IMG/VR virus record: IMGVR_UViG_3300036944_001324
Location: 62,001 to 126,000 of that record
DNA: 64,000 bases
Reading direction: 5' to 3' (one strand)
Shown here: positions 1 through 7,482 of the stretch, piece after piece
Position numbering within the stretch: position 1 is the stretch's first letter
Layout of the letters: each line of letters begins with the position of its first letter
Program-made: the position numbers and the translations under genes
The notes under the pieces: model-generated
Databases searched by the model: none
Told to the model about the DNA's origin: nothing
Seen by the model: only the letters and a program-made list of their open reading frames with translations

Positions 1-941
1 CGAGCTGTAAGCTTCTCGTAAACGTACTTGGCCACTTCATCGGCCGTAGCTTCGATGTTGGTGAGCAATTCACCAGTTTCGTTCTCATACAAAGACTTGT
101 ACAGGAACTGCATGTTGGAAGTTAGTGCGTCTTCAAACGAGAACCGAACCAACGCCGGCTTCTTGTCCTTGTTACGCAGGCAGACAGCATCGTTCCAGAT
201 GGCAACCTGCTTGAAGATGCTCAAAGAGAACCCAGTTTTCCAATTGTGTTCCTGCGCACCAATCACCCATTGTTCACCAGGGCGAAACCCCATGTCCAGT
301 GCACGGTTCAAACCCTGCCAACCAGTCATCAGGATGGCCGTACCGTTTTCTTGTTCTTGGATCTGGCGGATGATCTCAGCTGAAGCATGCAAGTCAGCCA
401 GATTGAGCATAGCGTTAATGGCCGGGTCCTTAGACTCAACGTTAACTTGGTAAGGCTCGAGTTTACTCACCAACTCACTGATCCATTGGCGAGTGTTAGT
501 AATGCTGTCGCGTTCTTGACGGAACGAGAAAGCAGCCTTGTTCAGCAGAGCATCAACTTCCTGATTGCGAAAGTGAGCACTGATGTTCTTTTGCAGATTG
601 ATTACAGCCAGTTCGATGGCCGGTTGATCAAGGTCTTTATTCAGTACCTGCTCTGCACCAGAGTACAAACCATCGTCACCATGGCAAGCGTGACGCATAG
701 ACAGCAACAAACTGTCCTTGTCGTATTGGTGAGTAACTGGGTTCTCAGCCATCTCCATGGCGATCTTCTTGAGAGCCGAGAGAACTTCACGTTCTTGACT
801 CACCCCGATGATAATCTCGGGAACCACTACCGCCTTGATCAACTTGCGGACCAGCTCCGCAGAGTTCTCTGATTTTTCTTTCAGTTGGCTTTCACGAAAA
901 AGCAAGGCGATAGCCTTGATGAGAAGCAGCTTATAGTCCAT
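1..941 (-). CDS. dnaB: DnaB-like replicative helicase (phiKZ gp118-like); only the N-terminal part is in the window
   Basis: Manual translation of the minus strand from ATG at 941 is open to the window edge: MDYKLLLIKAIALLFRESQLKEK...ILMTGWQGLNRALDMGFRPGEQWVIGAQEHNWKTGFSLSIFKQVA...LVRFSFED. This is the DnaB pattern TG..LN....G..PGE..VIGA, a variant Walker A, and FSxE. It lies divergent from the capsid operon, as in phiKZ. Absent from the ORF track because no stop codon falls in the window. Confidence 0.88.
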   Translation of the reverse strand, partial: MDYKLLLIKAIALLFRESQLKEKSENSAELVRKLIKAVVVPEIIIGVSQEREVLSALKKIAMEMAENPVTHQYDKDSLLLSMRHACHGDDGLYSGAEQVLNKDLDQPAIELAVINLQKNISAHFRNQEVDALLNKAAFSFRQERDSITNTRQWISELVSKLEPYQVNVESKDPAINAMLNLADLHASAEIIRQIQEQENGTAILMTGWQGLNRALDMGFRPGEQWVIGAQEHNWKTGFSLSIFKQVAIWNDAVCLRNKDKKPALVRFSFEDALTSNMQFLYKSLYENETGELLTNIEATADEVAKYVYEKLTA

Positions 942-1050
942 GGGTATTGTTAAAGTCGTTTCGTCAGAGGGAAATGAAGCAAGAACTTTTCGATTGTAAC
1001 CACAACCCAAGTCCTGCTCTACACAGAGATAAACGACGCTGTGCAAAAGA

Positions 1051-1070
1051 CTACCGGACCAATTAATATG
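1051..1070 (+). promoter_or_regulatory. Candidate late promoter (TATG core) upstream of the gene preceding the capsid gene
   Basis: CTACCGGACCAATTAATATG, with TATG at 1067-1070. phiKZ late promoters have a TATG core and the position matches the phiKZ gene 119 promoter. A 4-bp motif is weak evidence. Confidence 0.3.
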
Positions 1071-1216
1071 TACTGAGATTGCTGCTTTTTGGCTAACCTC
1101 TTTTTGATGTGACGGTGGATTCCGGGCACAAAAGGACGTAACTATGCGCTTAATCTCTATGACTGCACAAGCAGACCACTATTTTGTATTCAAGACGTTT
1201 TGAAAAGGACGCATCT

Positions 1217-1792
1217 GTGATTCCTCAACACGCCATTATCCTGACCCAGTCAGTGGTACGCGTACTCAAAAACAAACGACTCTCCTTGGAGGTCGTTACT
1301 GACTACAGTCAGATGCGAGCCTTGTTCTCGCAGAACGATTTGGCTGCGATCCTTGCGCTGCAGACCAGCGCGCTCACGCAGTCGATTCACGACAGCTTTT
1401 ATTATGCGTTGGTAGATAAGTGGAGAAGCTCTGCTAAAGAGCACGTACAGGAGCTGGACTCCGTATTGCTTCCCTTGTCCCAAAGCGAACTTGTGGCCAA
1501 CTACCTTCGGGAACAGTTGTCTTTGCCAGAAGGCAAGGATCTGGACCCAGCTGCTTCGCCAGTTCAAGTGGTTGACCTCAACGGCAGTGGCATCGCTGTG
1601 GTGCTTGACGTAGGCGCGATTCAATATCTCGCCGACGGAGCAAACAAATACACAGTCGTGCGCGCTGTCATGCAAGTGTTCCTCAAGTACATGCCTTTGG
1701 ATAAGCTGGCGAGCCAGGAATGGTTCCGTCGCTTGGTTCATCTGTCGGCCGTGTACTCGACTTTGCGTCCTCCGCAGCCAGTGATTAGCTGA
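1217..1792 (+). CDS. Conserved jumbo-phage protein upstream of the major capsid gene (phiKZ gp119 position)
   Basis: ORF 1184..1792; the likelier start is GTG at 1217 after AAGGAC. Assigned by synteny only. Confidence 0.65.
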   Translation: MIPQHAIILTQSVVRVLKNKRLSLEVVTDYSQMRALFSQNDLAAILALQTSALTQSIHDSFYYALVDKWRSSAKEHVQELDSVLLPLSQSELVANYLREQLSLPEGKDLDPAASPVQVVDLNGSGIAVVLDVGAIQYLADGANKYTVVRAVMQVFLKYMPLDKLASQEWFRRLVHLSAVYSTLRPPQPVIS

Positions 1793-1974
1793 GGACAACC
1801 TTTGTTTTTGACTTGAAAAAGACTGACAACGCTTTTACAACCGTATTTGTATTGTTGGTTATATCAGTCAAATACTCCACAATTGTCTGAGGAGTGCGTG
1901 ATTCTGGAAGTTTCATGCCCCTGGACGGTTCTTTTTCTTTTCTCTCATCTTTTTTCCTTGCAAGGATTTTCCCG

Positions 1975-4116
1975 ATGACCAAACTCTCCGCCATCGCGTC
2001 GACTGCCAGCTCTGTGCTGGCTGGCCGCGTTTTCCAAGCCGTGAAAAACCTGGCCTCTGAAGGCCAACCCGGCAAAGTGCATGCCGCTGCCAAGTACGCT
2101 TTCGGCACCGAATCCATGTCCGAAGCTGGTCAGCAAAACCTGCGCTCCGTGGCCGACCACGTTCGCAGCGAACTCAAGCGCGTTGCGCTGGCTGAAGGCA
2201 TCACCCCCACCGAAGGCCAGATCTCGGCCGCCACCGAATCCATGCTGATGGCTTCGAACGTGCAAGACTCGATCCGCCGCAATGCAGTGGTTGAAGGCAA
2301 TGGCAGCACCCCCTTCGTTGGTACCAGCGGCCTGGCCGATGGTTTCGCTGGTCGCACCATCGGTGCCGAAGCCTACAACGAAAGCGACAACACCAACGTC
2401 CTGGCCAACACCGTGACGTACAACATCCTGGCCGGCCGCCAGAACAAGGCTGGTGAACTGCTGTTCCCCACCGTGACTGTTCCTTCCGACAACGTCGGCG
2501 TGAGCGTGACCATTCGCCTGTACCAAGTGCATGACGACATCAAGCGTCAGATCTCCGGTGCCCGTGCCAACTTCAACCGCCGTTCGATCCATCGCGGCAT
2601 GATCGATCACACGATCCTGCACAACGACTCGACCATGGCCATCCCAGTGCACCGCACTGAATCGGCTGCCAACTTCACGACCGACGTGGCGGCCTACGAC
2701 ACCGTGAACGAAGGCGAAACGATCCACACCGGCGCCCTGCGCTTCGGTCGTACCGTCGACTTCATCGGCCTGAGCCAAACCGACACGCTGCTGGCTTCGG
2801 GCGTGATGACCCGTGAAGACGACCTGGACCCCGATGTGCGTCTGAAGGCTGTGTACCTGAAGGTTGGCGCGAACGTGGTTCGCTTCGCCGTGGAAAACCT
2901 GGCCCTGTCCAACTTCATCGCCACCGGTCAGGACAACTACCGCTCGCAAAAGCTGAACTTCGAAACCAGCTCGCTCGTGCTGCAGAAGACCACCAAGACC
3001 ATCGCCGGCGCCGCTCTGGCTGGTGACCTGGCTACCATCGACACCGGCAACCTGGTTGTGCGCCTGGGCGTCGTGGTCAACGGCAGTGTGAACATCGAAT
3101 CCGGTGATCTGGTGGCTCACGCCAACGGCCTGACCGTGCTGTCGATCTACGACGCCGACGACAAGTCCCAAGTGCCTACCGACGCTGGTGCTGGTCAGAC
3201 CCTGAAGAACGCCATCGAAGCCGGTACCCTGGTCGGTTACGACGTCAAGGCCTATCGCTCGAACGCTTCGCGTCGTCAACGCGGCCAACTGCTGGACACC
3301 ACGTTCTACACGCAAATCTGGGCCGTGCCTTACCGCTCGCCTCTGACCGCTCTGCGTCCCGTGAACGCTCCTGCACAGTCCGACGGTGCCGATCTGGAAG
3401 CCCTGGCCTCCGCGACGTTCATCCGCACGTCGTCCGAAGCCATCACCGTGCTGCTGGAAACCGCTGAAGTTCTGAGCGCTACCTCGGCCCTGGACCTGGA
3501 CCCCACCGCGATCCCTGAAACGCTGGGCGTCGCCCGCATGCTGCTGAAGCCCACCTACCTGTCGGGCAACATCAACATCGCGTCCGAAACCAACGCTGTG
3601 AAGTCGCACGAACTGGAAAAGGACATCCGCGCCGTTCTGGTGAACCGCATCCGTGACCTGGCCTACCGCCTGTACCGTGATTCGGAATTCCAAGCCGTGG
3701 TGGAATCGGGTGCTTCCGGCACGACCGACGAACCCGTGGTGTGCGTGGTGACCGATCCGATGACCGCTCGCTACCTGATGATCGAAGGTGAAGTGCGCAC
3801 CGCTGGTCCTGGCTTCGATCTGCGCATCGAAACCACTCCTGACGAACGCATGCAAGGTCGCATCGCCGTGGCCCTGGGCTACCCTGACAAGTCGGACGGC
3901 GCAGTGAACTCGCTGCACTTCGGCAACATGCTGTGGTCGCCTGAACTGGCCCTGGTTCTGCCTATCGCTCGCGATGGCAAGATCAGCAAGGAACTGACCG
4001 TGCAGCCACGCTTCCGTCACATCGTGAACACGCCTGTCCTGGGCATGCTCTCCGTGACCGGCCTGCCTGAAGTGGTGTCCGTGCGCGTGCCGATCGCTTT
4101 CAAGGAAGTGGTCTAA
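1975..4116 (+). CDS. Major capsid protein (phiKZ gp120-like)
   Basis: About 713 aa from ATG 1975 (AAGGA RBS). Strong high-expression codon bias. Propeptide-like N-terminus ending in IGAE/AYNE, fitting the S/A/G-x-E prohead-protease site. GELLFPTVTV and ELTVQPRFRHIVNTPVLG segments resemble phiKZ-type capsids. Synteny with DnaB and the RNAP subunit. Followed by a strong hairpin. Confidence 0.9.
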   Translation: MTKLSAIASTASSVLAGRVFQAVKNLASEGQPGKVHAAAKYAFGTESMSEAGQQNLRSVADHVRSELKRVALAEGITPTEGQISAATESMLMASNVQDSIRRNAVVEGNGSTPFVGTSGLADGFAGRTIGAEAYNESDNTNVLANTVTYNILAGRQNKAGELLFPTVTVPSDNVGVSVTIRLYQVHDDIKRQISGARANFNRRSIHRGMIDHTILHNDSTMAIPVHRTESAANFTTDVAAYDTVNEGETIHTGALRFGRTVDFIGLSQTDTLLASGVMTREDDLDPDVRLKAVYLKVGANVVRFAVENLALSNFIATGQDNYRSQKLNFETSSLVLQKTTKTIAGAALAGDLATIDTGNLVVRLGVVVNGSVNIESGDLVAHANGLTVLSIYDADDKSQVPTDAGAGQTLKNAIEAGTLVGYDVKAYRSNASRRQRGQLLDTTFYTQIWAVPYRSPLTALRPVNAPAQSDGADLEALASATFIRTSSEAITVLLETAEVLSATSALDLDPTAIPETLGVARMLLKPTYLSGNINIASETNAVKSHELEKDIRAVLVNRIRDLAYRLYRDSEFQAVVESGASGTTDEPVVCVVTDPMTARYLMIEGEVRTAGPGFDLRIETTPDERMQGRIAVALGYPDKSDGAVNSLHFGNMLWSPELALVLPIARDGKISKELTVQPRFRHIVNTPVLGMLSVTGLPEVVSVRVPIAFKEVV

Positions 4117-4151
4117 GCGCTAATTCTCCCTGAGCAATCAGGGTAGATAAA

Positions 4152-4192
4152 GCATAAGAAGAGGCCTTTCGGGGCCTCTTCTTTTATGCCGT
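4152..4192. terminator. Hairpin of the GCATA...TATGCCGT family
   Basis: GCATAAGAAGAGGCC-TTTCG-GGGCCTCTTCTTTTATGCCGT directly after the capsid stop codon. Confidence 0.8.
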
Positions 4193-4216
4193 CAGTATAA
4201 CCGAACATTTGGTTTA

Positions 4217-4248
4217 AACATTTTTTAGCAACATATCATCGTTGTGTA
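4217..4248 (+). promoter_or_regulatory. Putative early (virion RNAP) promoter, copy 1
   Basis: AACATTTTTTAGCAACATATCATCGTTGTGTA, nearly identical to intergenic motifs at 37843 and 63221. It precedes the operon containing the non-virion RNAP subunit, which is an early gene in phiKZ. Confidence 0.6.
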
Positions 4249-4378
4249 ATGCGTGACAGCAATGTCTCGCAAATATGCCCTCTATACAAACACCTGCTTC
4301 CAACCCAAGGAGATAACGATGATCAATGTAAATCAAGAAAGTCCATCGGAGCTTCACTCGAACTAAAACGAATAGCTC

Positions 4379-5740
4379 ATGGCTGTGCTTACCAAAGAGC
4401 CATGTCAGGAAGTGTTTACAGAGCCACAGGTCATTACGATAACTCGTAAGGTAGGTGGTATCAACATAGCCGACATGGAGGCCATATTTGGCCGACTCGC
4501 ACGTACTGATGCAATCACGGGTGGTGATAGCAACACAGTGATCCTTGAGAGCGAAAATCAAGAACGTGTAAGAGTTTTCAATTTCACCGAATTACCAATA
4601 ACAAAAGTTTCGCAGGATGGAATAAGGTCGGTTGTACTGCCTGTTGATCCTAGCGAATACATCCTGGCTATGCCAGTAATGAAAGCACTGGAAACACCCC
4701 TGTGGTGGTCGGCGCTTGCCAAGACACAAACTAAGCCACACGACTTGCTCAACAAGATCGTGATCGCTAAGAGTAGATTTTTTATCGGAAGGTCAGCGCA
4801 TGAGATCAAAGCCCAGCTGCGACTTAGCCGTATCGATGCCTCCAGTTTCGACAAATTGATGACGGCTGCCCCCTTTAGTGCCTATTATGGGGGTAAAAGA
4901 ATTCAAGCAGTTTATGCTATGTTCATGTACGTTGTTGATGTTGCTGATTTCAAAGGCTACATGCATCTGCACGAACGCTCTAGCGATACGTTTGTAACGT
5001 TTCGTGATCCGAGCACTGCTCCAGCCCATCCGTGGGATGTCAGTAACTCGTTAGTGGACTGCAGAGCAATACCGGAAGGTGGATCAATAGGGGCCGTCCC
5101 CATGTTGACTTACAGACTGGTGTACCATGAACACATGCCTAGAACACGCTATCTGAGAGAAGGCTCGACAGTTGTTGAGCTTATCCCGGAACGTGATCCT
5201 ACTACGGAAGAAGGTTTCTATAAACATCATTACTTACCCAGTCGTGGTAATGGCATTCCTGGTTTTCACAACCAGGAGTTTATTCCGATGGAGAAGATCA
5301 CGGAAGAAGGCGGGTTCTATTTGACGAAGGAAGGCGCTGCACTGAATCTAGCTGAGCAAGCGATAATCGCTCAGCGAAAGGAAGAGCAAAGCAACCGGGA
5401 GCAAACCGTCAAAGCTTGGGTAGCTGCAATGAACGCAGATGCTAAAGCGGCAGCCAGTCAGTACAAAGACTACTACAACGAATGTTTGTCTATGCTCAGG
5501 GAGCAAAAGCGCAAACAAACCACCGAGCACGAGCAAGCGTACCAAGCGCTAGCGCGTGAGCGAGATGCTTTGCGAGATCAGGTCACGCAGTTAAAGACTG
5601 AAGTGAATGATCGCAAGCGCGAGCATGAGGAAACCATGCTCGATCGGAAGGAAATGTTGGAAGCGTTGAAACTCATACCCGTGGTGATAGGCATCGTGGG
5701 AACCATAATCGCACTCGGGCAGAAGGGAAAAAAGAAATGA
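4379..5740 (+). CDS. Hypothetical protein with C-terminal coiled coil and terminal hydrophobic helix
   Basis: 453-aa ORF; heptad-rich E/Q/K/R region followed by LKLIPVVIGIVGTIIALGQKGKKK. Confidence 0.75.
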   Translation: MAVLTKEPCQEVFTEPQVITITRKVGGINIADMEAIFGRLARTDAITGGDSNTVILESENQERVRVFNFTELPITKVSQDGIRSVVLPVDPSEYILAMPVMKALETPLWWSALAKTQTKPHDLLNKIVIAKSRFFIGRSAHEIKAQLRLSRIDASSFDKLMTAAPFSAYYGGKRIQAVYAMFMYVVDVADFKGYMHLHERSSDTFVTFRDPSTAPAHPWDVSNSLVDCRAIPEGGSIGAVPMLTYRLVYHEHMPRTRYLREGSTVVELIPERDPTTEEGFYKHHYLPSRGNGIPGFHNQEFIPMEKITEEGGFYLTKEGAALNLAEQAIIAQRKEEQSNREQTVKAWVAAMNADAKAAASQYKDYYNECLSMLREQKRKQTTEHEQAYQALARERDALRDQVTQLKTEVNDRKREHEETMLDRKEMLEALKLIPVVIGIVGTIIALGQKGKKK

Positions 5741-5781
5741 AAGATCGTTGCGACTCTACAGACCAAAAGGGGTAATCCAGA

Positions 5782-7446
5782 ATGGGAATGGATAGGCACT
5801 TACTGAACTGTGCAAGACAGTTTACTCCGCCTGTGGAGATGGACATCGTTGACGGCCTGGCTGTCAAACACATGCAGCACGTGGAAGACTTCGTTGAAAG
5901 TATCTTTCGCACCGTAGCGAAGGACTTTCCACCTGGTCTGGAGTTCATCGGTGGTGAGCGTTGCTCGCCATACGAGGAGTTCATGAACGAACCACGTGTG
6001 AAGACAGGTGGTCGTCCGACGGTGGATATTGCGCAAAGCGATATTTACATGATGAAATACCGCTTCCGGTTTGAAGGTGAGGAGTTGCCTCCTCGTTACA
6101 TCTTCTTGCCGTACGTGGGTGAAGCCGGCTCGTTGATGCTCTCTGGTGCACGGTTCTTTATATCGCCTGTGCTCGCCGATGAACTCCTGTCCTATGAAAA
6201 GGACAAGATCTTCGTGGTGTTCATGCGTGATAAGAAGTACATCTACCGCACCAACCACTCTTTTGTGATCGATGACCAGATCACGGAACTGGGTGTGGCG
6301 TGGTCTATCCTTCACAACGACCCCAAGACAAAAACAAAGGGTCGCGAGAAGAAGATCATCCCGTTGATCCATTACCTGCTCTCCAAGTACGGCTTTACCG
6401 AGACCTTCAAGAAGTTCGGGAAATGCCTGGCAGTGATGGGTAAGGAAGACATCAATCCTGATGCCTACCCTCCTGAAGAATGGGTGATTGCGAAAAGCCG
6501 TCGGTTTATGCCGCGTCCGTATAACAACGGAACGGATGTGCGAATCGCGATTCCTCGTGCTCAGTACACGCCGATGGTTAAGTCCATGCTGGCTTCTTTC
6601 TTCTACGTTGCTGATCGGTTCGGCGAACGTCCCATCTTCGAGTACAAAGACAACACCCGTCTTTGGATGACGATGCTGGGTCTGACGCTCTGGGGCGATA
6701 GCAAGGATGAAAGCGTGATCTATGAAGAAGTGATCAACCACTTCAACAGCCTTGATAAGTACGTGGATGACTTCGTACGCCGTCAGCTGCAACACATCGG
6801 TCACCCGTGCGACAACATCTACGAGTTCCTTGCAGTGTGCATTGAGCACATGGACCAGTGGATGATCGAGACACCCAAACGTTCGATCACGTTGCATGAC
6901 AAGAAATTGTCCATCCTCTATCCGGTACTGTTGGTACCATTGATCATGCCGATCTCTCGGTTTTACTACGTCATTGAGGCGGAGGCACAAAAGAACGGAC
7001 TGACAAAGAAAAGCGTGACGAACATTCTTGGCGAAACCCTCAAGCCAAGACGGATTTTCAAAATCCGAACTGATGCAAGCAATGTATCGGCCATGAGCTA
7101 CTCTGGGGACAATAAGTTCTTCAAGCTCACCTCTGTGATCAAGCCGCAAAAGGGCTCCGGTCATGGGAATGATTCCAAATCTGACTCCGGTGTTCGGATG
7201 CACTCATCCATCGCTGAGGTTGGTAGTTTCTTAAACCTGCCAAAGACCGATCCAACCGGTCATGCGCGCGTCAACCCGCACTTGAAGCTCCTCGCAGGAG
7301 AGTACGTTCAGCGTGACCCTGAAGTTGTTGCCTTGTGCGACAGCGTTCAGCAGATCCTGGACCAAACCATGCGTTCAGCAGTGGTAGCGGGGCTGGAAGG
7401 CGACATGAGTCTGGAAGACATTGACGTCGGAGACTCGGACGAGTAA
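5782..7446 (+). CDS. rpoB: Non-virion RNA polymerase beta-like subunit, N-terminal part (phiKZ gp123-like)
   Basis: 554 aa. DIAQSDIYMMKYRF..IFLPYV..LMLSGARFFISPVLAD and HSSIAEVGSFLNLPKTDPTGHARVNP match the pattern of phiKZ-family beta fragments. Located just downstream of the capsid gene as in phiKZ. Confidence 0.8.
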   Translation: MGMDRHLLNCARQFTPPVEMDIVDGLAVKHMQHVEDFVESIFRTVAKDFPPGLEFIGGERCSPYEEFMNEPRVKTGGRPTVDIAQSDIYMMKYRFRFEGEELPPRYIFLPYVGEAGSLMLSGARFFISPVLADELLSYEKDKIFVVFMRDKKYIYRTNHSFVIDDQITELGVAWSILHNDPKTKTKGREKKIIPLIHYLLSKYGFTETFKKFGKCLAVMGKEDINPDAYPPEEWVIAKSRRFMPRPYNNGTDVRIAIPRAQYTPMVKSMLASFFYVADRFGERPIFEYKDNTRLWMTMLGLTLWGDSKDESVIYEEVINHFNSLDKYVDDFVRRQLQHIGHPCDNIYEFLAVCIEHMDQWMIETPKRSITLHDKKLSILYPVLLVPLIMPISRFYYVIEAEAQKNGLTKKSVTNILGETLKPRRIFKIRTDASNVSAMSYSGDNKFFKLTSVIKPQKGSGHGNDSKSDSGVRMHSSIAEVGSFLNLPKTDPTGHARVNPHLKLLAGEYVQRDPEVVALCDSVQQILDQTMRSAVVAGLEGDMSLEDIDVGDSDE

Positions 7447-7482
7447 CAACTTCCCACATTTCACAAGCAAAGGAAAAAACGC

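Noticed and set aside
28-872. Plus-strand ORFs 28..453 and 387..872
   Set aside because: Shadows of the minus-strand DnaB helicase gene, which has clear motifs.
1945-4020. 691-aa antisense ORF over the capsid gene, and similar long antisense ORFs (5800..7203, 7375..9489, 21055..23184, 23798..25387, 27540..29108, 39373..40995, 43621..45453, 47816..49834, 60529..61908)
   Set aside because: Each mirrors a real gene; strong C-ending codon bias removes stop codons from the opposite frame. The translations are V/H/G/Q-rich with no motifs and no RBS.
4249-4449. 66-aa ORF downstream of promoter copy 1
   Set aside because: No RBS, overlaps the start of the 453-aa gene in another frame, and has atypical composition.
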